From assembly GCA_951406725.2 (NCBI GenBank), contig OX597816.1:44640001-44704000 (forward strand): 64,000 nucleotides of DNA, given 5' to 3'. Positions 41,041 through 54,850 of this stretch are shown piece by piece (the stretch's first letter is position 1; each line of letters begins with the position of its first letter). This stretch comes from Octopus vulgaris. Taxonomy: Eukaryota. The notes beneath the pieces were generated by a model. It was not told the origin of the DNA, searched no databases, and worked only from the letters and a program-made list of their open reading frames with translations. The position numbers and the translations under genes are program-made.

Positions 41041-41434
41041 GTATATACATACATATATACACACTTATACATAGATATGTAGGCAAATATGTATATACAT
41101 ATTTACGGATGCATCTATGTATGTATAGACATATGTAAATATACAAATGCACATAGCTTTATGAAGATATACGCAAAGAAACACGCAAGTATATACATAC
41201 ACACACACGCACCTATACACGCGCGCACAAATTTGCAAAAATAGCGGGCTCACTTTTGCAAAGTGAAACAGACACACGCGCAAACACGCGCGCGCAGATA
41301 CACGCACACGCACACATACAGAGACCCGCCACACAGGGGAGCGTGTCGTGCAATATGTTGGCACATCTTGAATAGCTCACGATTTCGTTTTGAAGATTAT
41401 ACCATCTGTAAGTGAAATATAGCAAATACAAATT

Positions 41435-41448
41435 GTATCCATGGCAAC
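41435..41448. promoter_or_regulatory. RFX X-box-like motif GTATCCATGGCAAC
   Basis: Exact fit to the GTHNYYATRRNAAC X-box consensus; lies in a non-repeat island. Confidence 0.35.
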
Positions 41449-41499
41449 AAAAAAGTAGGGGCAACAGTGGAGGATGAAGGAGAAGAAAAAAGAAGAGAA

Positions 41500-41549
41500 T
41501 GACGATGATGACAACGATGATAACAATGACAATGATGATGGTGATGACA

Positions 41550-41580
<31 letters not shown>

Positions 41581-41885
41581 CGATGAAAAAGAAGAAAGAG
41601 ATGAAGGGAAAGGAAGCAAAGGACAATAGGAACGATAGTAGCCATCACAAACCCAATGACAATCATTAACAGCGCAGTAGTAGCAGCAGCAGTAACAGCA
41701 GCAGCAGCAGTAACAGCAGCAGCAGTAGTAGTAGTAGTAGTAGGAGGAGGAGGAGGAGGAGGAGGAGGAGTTGTAGTGTTGATGACAGTGCTGGTGGTGC
41801 GGGTCCCGGTGATTGTAGTAGTAGGAAGGGAAGTAGTAGTAATCGTAGAGGTGATGGTAGTGGTTGTAGTGGTGGTGGCTAGTAA

Positions 41886-41918
<33 letters not shown>

Positions 41919-41982
41919 AGCTGGTGGGCGGTGTTGGTGGTGATGGTAGTGGTTACTATAGTTCTGATGCAGCAGCTGCAAC

Positions 41983-42045
<63 letters not shown>

Positions 42046-42065
42046 TGTTGTTGTTGTTGTTGTTC
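41500..42065. repeat. Patchwork trinucleotide microsatellites (GAT, GCA, GTA, GGA, GTT)
   Basis: Seen directly. Confidence 0.9.
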
Positions 42066-42324
42066 TTGTAGTAAAAGCATAAAAGGAAAAAACCTACAAA
42101 AGAAAGGGGGAAAAATCCTTCAATTGGTTTTGCCATGCCAAACGTGACGTGTTTAATGTGTCAGTGTATGAGTCATGCATGCATACGCCGAACAAGAATG
42201 ACCCTATGCACAACACGAGGCTATCAATTGTTTGTAATTACAATTATTATTAACACAAAGACCAAATTAGAAAAAAAAATTATCATTATCAAAATGATTG
42301 TCATTATTTTTATCGTATTCTCAA

Positions 42325-42750
42325 AAGCGGCGAGCTAGCAGAATCGTTAACACGATGGCCAAAATCCGTAGCGGTATTTGGTCCGTCTTTACATTCTGAG
42401 TTCAAATGCGATCGGGGTCGACTCTGCCTTTCACCGAAATTGCTGGCCCTGTACAAAAATTTAAAACCATTATTAACATATAGAGCAAATTAGAAAAAAA
42501 AAAATTATCATTATAATTATAATTCTGTCAAAGGCGACAAGCTGACAGAATCGTTAGTAGGCCGGACAAACTGCTTAGCGGCATTTCGTCCGTCCGTCTT
42601 TCCCTTCTGAATTCAAATTCCACCGATGTCGACTTTGCCTTTTATCTATTGGGGTCGATAAAATAAGTACCAGTTGAGACTGGGGTCGATGTAAAAGACT
42701 TACCTCCTCTCACAAAATTCGAGGCTTTGTGCCTATAGTAGAAAAGATTA
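42325..42750 (+). mobile_element. Two diverged SINE family C copies
   Basis: GGCGAGCTAGCAGAATCGTTA and GGCGACAAGCTGACAGAATCGTTAG heads. Confidence 0.75.
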
Positions 42751-42809
42751 TCATTGTCTTTTTATCAGCTCTCATTGTAACCTTATTGATATACAATTTT
42801 ATCAACGTG

Positions 42810-43705
<896 letters not shown>

Positions 43706-44436
43706 ACGAATAAAATCCATATATAGATACTGTTAAACAATCGGAAACATTGTTGACAAAGTGTATCTGGGAATTGTTTCCTTAAGTAAAAGGGATACAT
43801 TTATAAAATTACTCATTTTAAATTATGCTGAAGCATATATTCAGGTGTGTAAATTTTGAAGGGTCTACCTCTGGTCAATGTTGAGTATATGATTGCACAT
43901 CGTCAATCTTCTAGAAAAGAATTTTGGTGATAATTTCTTTTTGCAGACTTAAATACATTATTTCCTTTGTATAATATAAAACCTCACAAAGCCCACTAGA
44001 TGTCAAGTTTTGTGCAACAGTTTCACTTAATATTTACGTCGCATTTGGTTTCAAGGTCATATGAGATTTTTTTCATTTAATTATTATACATAACTTTTCA
44101 TTAATCTGATTTATTTTACGATCATCTTTCTGTAACTTATTCATTAATAGGTCCCTTTTGTCATTATTTATCATTTTCATACCCTATGTTTTTCTTTTGC
44201 GTTTTTCTTTTTATTTACCACTACGTATTTTATGTATGTATGTATGTATGTATGTATGTATGTATGTATGTATGTATGTATGTATGTATGTCTTCTATTT
44301 TTTAATTATTATAAATTTTCCCCAGAGGAGAGTATCGGTTTCCAACAAAGATACAAAGCTCCATCTTTGTGATGTAGTTAACACAGACAAATTCACATCT
44401 AGAACTTGTCTTGCATATTTTTACTGTTCCACTCAA

Positions 44437-45165
44437 AGATTGCACTTGTAATGTACGAATCAGCCGGTCGAGAATTTTTTTTCCTACGGGAGTTCTGGAC
44501 CCCAGTAATGAACTCATGTGCATACAGCCAATCAAAGCCCACCTTGAAAATCAACATACTGTGTACTACTACAGTACAGTCAGTCAGGCACAGAATAGTG
44601 TATGCCGCTCTGTGAGTACGGCATAGAATGTCTTACATAAATACCACATTCCCACACACCATCCTCATAGATCAATTGTGCACCATCTCTATATGAAGCT
44701 AACATTAGGTACTCATGCTCAGACTTACATTAATGATACTGCATGTACCCTTGACATATGCATGGAGGGCACAATACGACACAAAGCCTTATTGATTATG
44801 ATGTTTCCAGATCAGCACCAACATTTCAAATTAGGAATGTACAAAATCAGTCAAAAAATTAGGAAACTACACTCATTTACATTTTCTAGTTATTTACGCA
44901 AATTGGCAACACTTAGGGCATCATCTGGGAGCAGCTCTCCATTCACTTTATACACTAAATTTCACATTTGTCACCCCTGTTAACCTGTTTAGAACTGTTA
45001 CATTTTGCTGTAACGCACATTTTCCCCTGAACTCAACCAGAGTATTTTCGTAACTAGGTGGACACTAGTTTCATAGTTGAGCTCTGATTGGCTGTGTGAA
45101 ATTGAGTTTATAACTGGGGGCAGGAACTCTCGTGGTAAAAAAATTCGCCAGCCGGTCAACTCATT
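44437..45165. mobile_element. ~720-bp non-autonomous DNA element with ~90-bp imperfect TIRs
   Basis: GCCGGTCGAGAATTTTTTTTCCTACGGGAGTTC..CCCCAGT..CAGCCAATCA at left is inverted at 45080-45155. Confidence 0.7.
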
Positions 45166-45283
45166 CTGAAAATCCCAGTTTATCCAAATTCTCCTTTAAG
45201 CATCTACTAATAAAATCTAGTGCTTCAATTATCATTGGTACGAATATGAGTTCATAGCCTGGATATATACATGTTTATGTATG

Positions 45284-45317
<34 letters not shown>

Positions 45318-45356
45318 TGTATGTATGTATGTATGTATGTATGTATGTACGTATAA

Positions 45357-45431
<75 letters not shown>

Positions 45432-45464
45432 TATTTATACGTACATACATACATACATAAACAC

Positions 45465-45858
45465 AGATTGCACTTGTAATGTACGAATCAGCCGGTCGAG
45501 AATTTTTTTTCCTACGGGAGTTCCGGACCCCAGTAATGAACTCATGTGCATACAAACAATCAGAGCTCACCTTTAAAATCCACATACTGTGTACTAGTAC
45601 AGTACAGCCAGTCAGGCACAGAATAGTGTATGCCGCTCTGTGAGTACGGCATAGAAGGTCTGACATAAGCACCACATTCCCACACACCATCCTCATAGAT
45701 CAATTGAACACCATCTCTATATGGAGCTAACATTAGGTACTCATGCTCAGACTGACATTAATGACACTGCATGTACCCATTGATATATGCTTGGAGGGCG
45801 CAATACGACACAAAGCCTTACTGATTACGATGTTTCCAGGTCAGCACCAACATTTCAA
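45465..45858 (+). repeat. Direct ~395-bp copy of 44437-44828
   Basis: Colinear and highly similar. Confidence 0.93.
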
Positions 45859-46020
45859 TTTTGAAATATACGAAATATATATATATATATATATATATAT
45901 TATCTTTTTTTAATAATTTTGATATATATTTAAAATAATATAAATTAATTAATCTTATGTATTGGCTTAAGTCTTTCATTGTATGATTTGCCTAATAGTG
46001 GTTTTATCTCTAATTTAATA

Positions 46021-46052
<32 letters not shown>

Positions 46053-46439
46053 CATACATATATGTATATATATGCAAATATATACACGCATTCACATGTA
46101 TATGATTGTGTGTGTGTGTATCTATATAAATATAGATATGTGTATGTACGTGTGTTTGCATATTTATATGTGTGTTTGTGTACGTATGTGTGCATGCATG
46201 AATGGGGAGGTGCTCTTCATTTCATGTTGCTATAGACCACTCGGGTGGCAAAATGGAATGATGCTTCAACGGACAGATGTCCCGTCCACGTAGGGAAAAT
46301 ATACAGCACGAAATCCAGGTAACCACATTTATGAACCTAGGACTTGGAAAGGGCCCTTGATTCTTTTTTCTTTCTTGATATATATATGCATAAAAATAAA
46401 GTCGCACGCAAACCCAGATAAGTGTATTGAAGTATTAAT

Positions 46440-46860
46440 GCAAAATTCCTCCCTGGAACCTAATGGAAACGTTGACACAATCTCAGGTGTTGCAATGGAG
46501 AAAATATTGTCCTGAATAACAAAGAACATTCTAGACAAGTGTAACGAAAGAAGAGCATTAAAAGCCAAGGAGAATAACAGTTCAGAAGCAAAAAAAGAAG
46601 AAAAAAGAGAGAAATTGAAGTCCTTAAACAATAAAAGTGGCTCGAGCGAATTTCATAGAAAGGAAATGCTATGCGCTACAAGAAAATTTTAAGAGAAATA
46701 ACACGAGAAAGGCATACCAAATTGTCAAAGCGTTGACAGGGCAAATAGAGTGAAAAGCTGCTACGACCGCTATTGTAGATTAAAATGGCAATGTGCTGAC
46801 AGGAAATAATGGAAGAAAGATGGAAAGAATATATGAAGGAACTATACAACCATCCCATTA
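46440..46860 (+). mobile_element. Decayed RTE (BovB-like) LINE, inter-domain fragment
   Basis: ITKNILDKCNERRALK...AYQIVKALT...IVD*NGNVLT...EERWKEYMKELY. Confidence 0.7.
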
Positions 46861-47139
46861 TAATAGAATCGGCTATTTTGCACACCTTAGAACAATAAGA
46901 ACGAGGAAATGGTGTGCAGGAGCTAAAGCCATTTATTCTGACATGTGTGAAGTACTGTGTGTTATAAAAAAAAGTGCAACATCGCAAGGCATCTAATTGG
47001 AATATTGCAAATACTATCTGAGAAATATACTTGTGCTGATCTGAGCAGCAATAAAAGAACACGATAATTTTAAACAAACAGGCTACCCATCATCAAGAGA
47101 ACTTTCAATGTATTTTGACTATTTTACATATACATGTAG

Positions 47140-47175
<36 letters not shown>

Positions 47176-47362
47176 GCATGTATATATATACTATATACTA
47201 TTTATTATTCAGTTGAACGCCACAAATACATTCCCAAGTAAGTTTATATACATACATACATACATACACATATATATGTGTGTGTGTGTATGCGTGTGTT
47301 TTTCTCTCCATTTTTTCCTCTTGATCTTTTCTGTCGAAGATCAAGAGAAAAAGCACACGCAT

Positions 47363-47433
<71 letters not shown>

Positions 47434-47447
47434 TGTATGTATGTATG

Positions 47448-47514
<67 letters not shown>

Positions 47515-47517
<3 letters not shown>

Positions 47518-48495
47518 CAACTAATATAGGATAAAATTTTTCGAAAAAATTCTATCAATGTCCAGCGTATTAAAAAATACCTTTAAAGGTTACATTTATA
47601 AACCACTTATAAACAAGGGCAAAAGAAAAAATTCTAATGCCAAATATGCCAAAAATAGACAAATCGTCAATAACCATATAATTTATCACTATAAGCACGC
47701 GTCTCGAAGTAAGCCGACTGTAATCTCTAAAAAATTTCGTTATTATCGTATTGGTCCCAATTTCAGAGTTAATTCATAAGAGTTTTCTCCTTGCCAGCTA
47801 TAAATACAGTAAGAAATAAATGAAATACTTACTTATACCCATGGAAAAAGCAAACACTAAGTCCTGGGCACACTTAAGTACCCCAAATATATCCAAAATA
47901 GAAATTCTCCAGCACACCTCGAGACACGTGCGATCGGACTGAAACTCTCATAGAGTGAGAGAGTCCGGAAGTGAACACTATTAAATTTACATCTAATATA
48001 GGATAAAATTTTTCGAAAAAATTCTCTCAATGGCCAAAATACCTTTAAAGGTTAAATTTAAAAACAACTTATAAACAAGGGCAAAAGAAAAACATTCTAA
48101 TGCCAAATATGCCGAAAATAGACAAATCGTCAATAGCCATATAATTTTTCACTATAAGTACATACGTGTCGCGAGATGTGCTGGATAATTTTTATTTTGA
48201 ATATATATTTGGGGTACTTAAGTGTGCCCAGGACTTAGTGTTTGCTTATTCCATGGGTATAAGTAAGTATTTCATTTATTTCTTACCATATTTATCGCTG
48301 ACGAGGAGAAAATTCTTATGAATTAACTCTGAAATTGGGACCAATACGATAATAACGGAATCTTTTAGAGATTTCTGTCGGCTTACTTCTAGACGTGTGC
48401 TTATAGTGATAAATTATATGGTTATTGACGATTTATCTATTTTCGGCATATTTGGCATTAGAATTTTCTTTTGCCCTTGTTTATAAGTTGTTTGT
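47515..48495. mobile_element. Penelope-like pLTR array: unit 47515-47985, partial direct copy 47986-48160, inverted copy 48164-48495
   Basis: Direct and inverted colinearity seen. Embedded between two long (TA)n tracts and contains a hammerhead motif. Confidence 0.85.
48292..48352 (+). ncRNA. Type I hammerhead ribozyme
   Basis: Helix I TTATCG/CGATAA; core CTGACGA (48298-48304); helix II GGAG..AATTC-TTAT-GAATT..CTCT; GAAA (48331-48334); helix III ATTG-GGAC-CAAT; cleavage triplet AUA ending at 48346. Confidence 0.75.
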
Positions 48496-48511
48496 ATACA
48501 CACACACACAC

Positions 48512-48596
<85 letters not shown>

Positions 48597-49618
48597 ACTG
48601 TTTCAGAAAACGATTCAGCGAATAGCGTGAGCTACTTCACAGAACAAAGATTTCTTTCTCACTCGCTCTCTCTCTCTCTCTCTCTCAACCGCTCTCACGC
48701 TCGCTCTTAACTATCACATTCTCTCTATCCCTTCCACCCAGTCTACCTCTCTCTCTCACACACTAAAAATCCGTTTTGATGTTTAGAAACAACAATTTTC
48801 TCACGTTAGAAAAAATTATTTTGTGTTGAAGTGTCTCGTTCAGAATACAATAATACTCGACTCCCAAAAGGAGTCAAGAGAGTGAAGGAAAGTGATTGGC
48901 GATAATGATCACCCGTATCTTCATTCTCCTGCTTTGGTTGATAATATAATTTAGTGGGAAAAAAGACTAATTAATTACGCACAGTTACTGATAAAATTAT
49001 TTTAATGACTCAACGAATTGGTTAAATTTTTCGAATGTTAGTTAAAAAGTTTCGCAAATCTGTTCCAACTCCTTGTGCACTGAGTTTAAATGCCAACGAG
49101 ATCATCTTTACTTTTTATCCTTTCAGGATCGATAGAAAGATAAGAAAAAAGAAAATAACGATCCAGCACGGCCTTTTGGCGAGTCTCTAAGAATGTCAGG
49201 CAGGGGCTTTGAGTTGTTCGTTCCCTTCTGAAGCCAAATTAATAGTGTAGCCTTTAATACTTTGCCCGAATCAGTACCATCACAGGGCGTTTGTGGATGC
49301 CTTTAACAGACCCCACTTTTTTTGCAATCATTCAGCTAAGCTTGAGAATCATGTCGAGAATCTTCGAGACTTTCACGCGCTACTTCCTGGCTGAAAGATT
49401 AGTTGTGTATTATATATGTCTGTGTGTGTGTTTGCGTGTTTGCGCGTATGTATATACTCTTTTTACTTTTTTACTTGTTTCAGTCATTTGACTGCGGCCA
49501 TGCTGGAGCATCGCCTTTAGTCGAGCAAATCGACCCCGGGACTTATTCTTTGTAAGCCCAGCACTTATTCTACCGGTCTCTTTTGCCAAACTGCTAAGTG
49601 ACGGCCACACCGCTAAGT

Positions 49619-49657
<39 letters not shown>

Positions 49658-49738
49658 GTATATGCATACGCATATAGATGGCATACGCATATAGATGTAT
49701 ATGCATATATATATATACTCTTGTGTGTATGTGTGTGT

Positions 49739-49800
49739 GTGTGTGTGTAAATTATCTATTATCATCATTCAATTGAACGCAACGGATCCATTTCCAAGTA

Positions 49801-49858
<58 letters not shown>

Positions 49859-49920
49859 TACATGGAAATGGATCCGTTGCGCTCAATTGAATGATGATAA
49901 TAGATAAATTACACACACAC
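49739..49920. repeat. Near-perfect palindrome centred on (TA)n
   Basis: Arms 49739-49805 and 49854-49920 are reverse complements with about 3 mismatches. Confidence 0.95.
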
Positions 49921-51019
49921 ATACATATATGTGTACAGAACGTCACCACCTGTACAAAGGAGTTAAATACATAAACAACGAGAGGAAATGGAAAACAGGA
50001 AAGTAAACACAGAGAAAGAACCCTTCATCAGTTGTCGGATGTCTATCTACCTCTCAATTCGAACATTCAACGACAATATGGGTCTTCAAAGACAATTGCT
50101 CCCATAAATTCTAACATAAAGTTTAGGATTTATGGAGGGCTAAATTTGGGAACAAAAACAAGGCATTAGAGAGACATAAATGGAAACCGAACGAAAACGA
50201 ACATGGAATGGCGTGAGACTAGCACGGGAGGAAAAGAGGGAACGCTGGGAAAAATAATTTCTTTGAAACAAGAAAATATAGAAGGGAGAGAAATATCACG
50301 TCCAGTCTTATGAACGTCGAAGCAGGCAAAGAAAGATGGTCACGTTAGGAAAAGAATAATGGACGATGGTCACGTGTGAGCAACGAGTGATAGAAGAGAG
50401 AAAGAGTGGGAGAGAGAGATAGATAGAAAACGCCCTCCTTCTTTCAACGTTTTCTATCTGTCTGTCTGTCTCTCTCTCTCCCTTCTCCTCTATCTCTTTT
50501 TCTGTCTTGTTGCTCACAGGTGACCATCACCCATCTTTCTTTTCCTCACGTAACCATCTTTCTTTTCCAGCACGGAGCCCGAAAGGATGAAAGATAAAGT
50601 CGACATCGGCAGGATTTGAACTCAGAGAGCGGAGATCGGAACAAATACCTTGTGACATTCTATCGAAAATTTTTAAGATTCTGCTAATTTGGAGTCTATT
50701 CTCAACCACAAACTAAAAGACAGATGTCTTTACTTGTTTACTCTGTTGAATTATGTATAAGGTTATAGTGAATTCATCAATAATTTGTTTCCTTTATGCT
50801 TTTGTTTTGCAAGATTCTTGATGTGAAATCGTGAGTTGAAACATATAATGCTATATTTGGGGGTGGTCAACCATCCCTAAATATAACAATATTACGGTTC
50901 AGTTCATTCCATTATCACTGTCGTGACTGCCACGTTTGTGCTAAAACTGCTTTCAGCTGACTAAAAAGACATTTAGGGTTCCAGTTGCACAAGATCCCCT
51001 AGATTGTGTCGAGAACGAT

Positions 51020-51311
51020 GAAAAGTTTTGAAAACTTTGCGTAGGCCTCTGCGCACATGTCGCAAAGTTTTTGGCAAAATTTAATGCAGATTTTCTGCTC
51101 AGCTTTCTCTGTCATGGTTAATGCGACGATCATACGCTCCACACCTTCCTTCCAAGCACTGCTGTAAACAGCGAAAATAAGCTAGAACGTTAAAACATTG
51201 CGCGCATGCGCAACAGTGTTCAAGGTCAATCTGTGCCAAGCGACTTCATTCTGCATGCTTTAGCTTCATTACTACAACGACAGTCCGGATACTTATCGAT
51301 CAGACCATGTA
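51020..51311 (-). mobile_element. Mariner 5' fragment (TIR plus transposase N-terminus)
   Basis: Minus strand starts TACATGGTCTGATCGATAAGTATCCGGAC; translates MTEKAEQKICIKFCQKLCDMCAEAYAK. Confidence 0.8.
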
Positions 51312-52814
51312 TATACGACGAGCTTCTTTCAGTTTCCGTCTATAAAATCCACCCACAACGCTTTGGTCGGCCCGTGGCTATAGTAAAAGACACCTGCCCA
51401 AGGTGCACTGCAGCGGGTTTGAGCCCGGAACTATGCGGTTTGGAAGCAAGCTTCTTACTATACAGTCACGTTTGTTTATATTCTAAGTAACAAAAGTCAC
51501 ACCAAAGTCGATAAAATAAAGTATCAGTGAAATATTGAAATCGATAGTATCAACTAAAATCTTTTTCTCAAAACTAGCGGCCTAAATTAGCAACAATTAA
51601 GACCCCCAAACTTCTCAGTGTAATATTTTGATATTTTACAGTGTGGATTACAGTGTGGAATTATGTAACATTTCTTATCCTGTAACACATACCAGTGATA
51701 CGCAACGATGCATGATTAACGGAAAATCCGGTTCCTTATCTACTTGCCAATTACATCTCTTACTCTGGTGATATATATATTTTAGGTCGTTCTTGTATAA
51801 TTTATATCATTAAAAAAAGAAAAGAAATTGCACTAGAAAGTCAAAAAAAAAAAGAACTCCAATATTTCATTTGCTCTTAACATAATGATTGATGGAATTT
51901 AATGATTGAGATCGAAAACCACACCTATATCAAGCGATGTCAGAAAGTAGAAAGCTTCACAGGCGAATCGAAGAAAATTAAATGAATGCGTGCCTTCTTA
52001 AGAACATATTTTCTCGTTGTTATGCATGACAGAAGAAAAACATTCTTTTTCCTTTAATTAGCCTGCTTGTGCTTTTCCAAGCTTAACCCAAGAGCTAGAG
52101 GCTAAATTCGTTGGCCTAATATCAATTCTGTCACGTCAAGTTATCTATGGCTCAGCTTGTTCCTATTTATTCCTTATTATTGATCGGCAATCAGTAAAAA
52201 CTATAAAGTCACAAACTACATATTATTTCCATTAGTTCGAGTTCAACATTATAAGCCAATGGTTTTACGTAGAAATCTCTCTTCTGTTACGAAACAATTC
52301 ATACACTTGTTTTGTCTTGTTTTTATTTCTTTATTTATTTCATAGTATTTTTTTATTTTAGTTCTTAGCTGATCAATGACTTTGCTTTCAATGACTTTTT
52401 TTGTACATGACAAAACGAACAATTAATCACCTCGTTTTCAATTTGACCTGTTAAACTTAACCAATTCCTATCATCTTTCAATACTTCTGCCTGTTTCTTC
52501 ATCTTTCAGTCTATTTCAATTTTTATTTCTTTCTTTTCCTCCATTTCCAAAGATTGTGTAATTCTGTCTATCACTCTTCGCAGTTTCTTTTTAATCCAAA
52601 CACAAGTGAACTATATTGAATATTTTATATCACTGACATGTTCTGGAATAAATGAAAATATAACACGTTACCTTATTACTTCTGAAAAATTTTCATTCAT
52701 TTGCTTGCAGCAAAGTCTATATTTCTCTACAATAAAACTACCGGTTACGGTGATAAATATGAGGATTCAGTTTTCAAATACCTTTGCAAAGACTCTTTAT
52801 ATAAGTAACTTTAT

Positions 52815-53222
52815 ATTTCTTTATTTCTTTGTTGCCCACAAGGGGATAAACATAGAGGGGACAAACAAGGACAGACAGGGGGAATAAGTTGATTACATAG
52901 ACCCCAGTGCGAAACTGGTACCTTATTTATCGACCCCGAAAGGATGAATGGTAAAGTCGACCTCGGCGGAATTTGAACTCAGAACGTAGCGGCAGACGAA
53001 ATACCTATTTCTTTACTATCCACAAGGGGCTAAACACAGAGGGGACAAACAAGGACAGACAAACGGATTAAGTCGATTATATCGACCCCAGTGCGTAATT
53101 GGTACTTATTTAATCGACCCCGATAGGATGAAAGGCAAAGTCGAACTCAGAACGTAGCGGCAGACGAAATACCGCAAAGCATTTCGCCCGGCGTGCTAAT
53201 GTTTCTGCCAGCTCGCCGCCTT
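52815..53222 (-). mobile_element. SINE family C, tandem-domain form
   Basis: Duplicated central domain plus tail; TATATAAGTA-like flanking duplication. Confidence 0.88.
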
Positions 53223-53253
53223 ATATATAAGTATCTTTAGTCATAACGAACGT

Positions 53254-53648
53254 GATTATTTTTTGGAAGCACTCCGTCGGTTACGACGACGAGGGTTCCG
53301 GTTGATCCGAATCAACGGAACAGCCTGCTCGTGAAATTAACGTGTAAGCGGCTGAGCACTCCACAGACACATGTACCCTTAACATAGTTCTCGGGGATAT
53401 TCAGCGTGACACAGAGAGTGACAAGGCCCGCCCTTTGAAATACAGGTACAACAGAAACACGAAGTAAGAGTGAGAGAAAGTTGTGGTGAAAGAGTACAGC
53501 AGGGATCGCCACCACCCCCTGCCGGAGCCTCGTGCAGCTTTAGGTGTTTTCGCTCAATAAACACTCACAACGCCCGGTCTGGGAATCGAAACCGCGATCC
53601 TACGACCGCGAGTCCGCTGCCCTAACCACTGGGCCATTGCGCCTCCCG
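53254..53648 (-). mobile_element. SINE family A, tail type 3
   Basis: 10-bp TSD TAACGAACGT (53244-53253 and 53649-53658). Confidence 0.92.
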
Positions 53649-54184
53649 TAACGAACGTACATAAAGGGAAATTAGCAATATTGTCAGATTACTAACACAA
53701 TTTGCTCCCACTTTCTGTGGCATGAGTTCAAATTTCAAGGAGGCCGATTTTGACTTTTATCTTTTTTGGTGGGGTAGGATTAAGAGAAAGTACAAATGCC
53801 AGATGGTGGATTGGTGAAAATGTCGGAGGATTTAACGGCACCCAATCTGGTTTTTTTTTGTGTTCTAACAGCAACACTTACAGCGATAGTATGCCAGACT
53901 ATGTCGGCCCAAGTTGGTGGGCTCTCCTTGCATAAATGAAACTTAAATGGAAAGGCAACTATCAGTCTTCCTTCAAAAATCTTGTCCAAACTTTTGCATG
54001 CATGGGTTGATGCACGGTCAACACTGGCCAATGTATGTCATTGAAGAGGGATGTAATATAAGTTTAAGACAGAGGGGAAAAAAGGAGTATCGCACTAGTC
54101 CATATAGTTGGTTCATGAAAGTATTAAGGTCATTACTTGATTAAACCATATTGATTAAACACCAATTATTGTTATTGTTGTTGT

Positions 54185-54850
54185 CAAGGCATCGATCCTA
54201 GCAGCATTTCGTCCGTCTCCACCTTCTGAGTTAAGATTATACTCTGATGTCGATTCTGTTTCATCCTTTCGGGATCGATAAAATAAGTATCAATCGAGAA
54301 CTGGTGTCGCTGTAATTGACTTCCCCTTCTCCCAACATTTCGGGCCTTGTGTCTATATTTGAAAGGATTATCTAAGGTGGCGAGCTGGCAGAATCGTTAG
54401 CACGCCGGGCGAAATGCGTAGCCGTATTTCGTCTGCCGTTACGTTGTGAGTTCAAATTCCGCCGAGGTCGACTTTGCCTTTCATCCTTTCGGTGTCGATA
54501 AATAAAGTACCAGTTGCGCACTGGGGTCGATGTAATCGACTTAATCCCTTTGTCTGTCCTTGTTTGTCCCCTCTATGTTTAGCCCCTTGTGGGCAATAAA
54601 GAAATATATATTTGAAAGGATTATTATTACTGCCGTCAAGAGATTTTGATCTAGTAGAACCGTTTGTGTGTGGGACAAAATGCTTAGCAGCATTTCTTCT
54701 TTACGTTCTGAGATTAAATTCCGCTAAGTCGACTTTTCTTTTCATCTTCTCGAGATCGATAAAATATCATTTGATCACTCGGGTTGATATAATCGATTAA
54801 TCACCCTCTCACTAAAATTGCTGACCTTGTACCCACATCTAAAGTAATTA
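54185..54850 (+). mobile_element. Cluster of SINE family C copies (young copy 54374-54605)
   Basis: Family C consensus matches. Confidence 0.8.

Noticed and set aside
47930-47972. Second hammerhead in the pLTR unit (GAAACTCT-CAT-AGAGTG hairpin)
   Set aside because: No CUGANGA, and a non-cleavable GUG triplet.
49140-49410. Possible DNA-transposase fragment
   Set aside because: No recognisable motif or termini.
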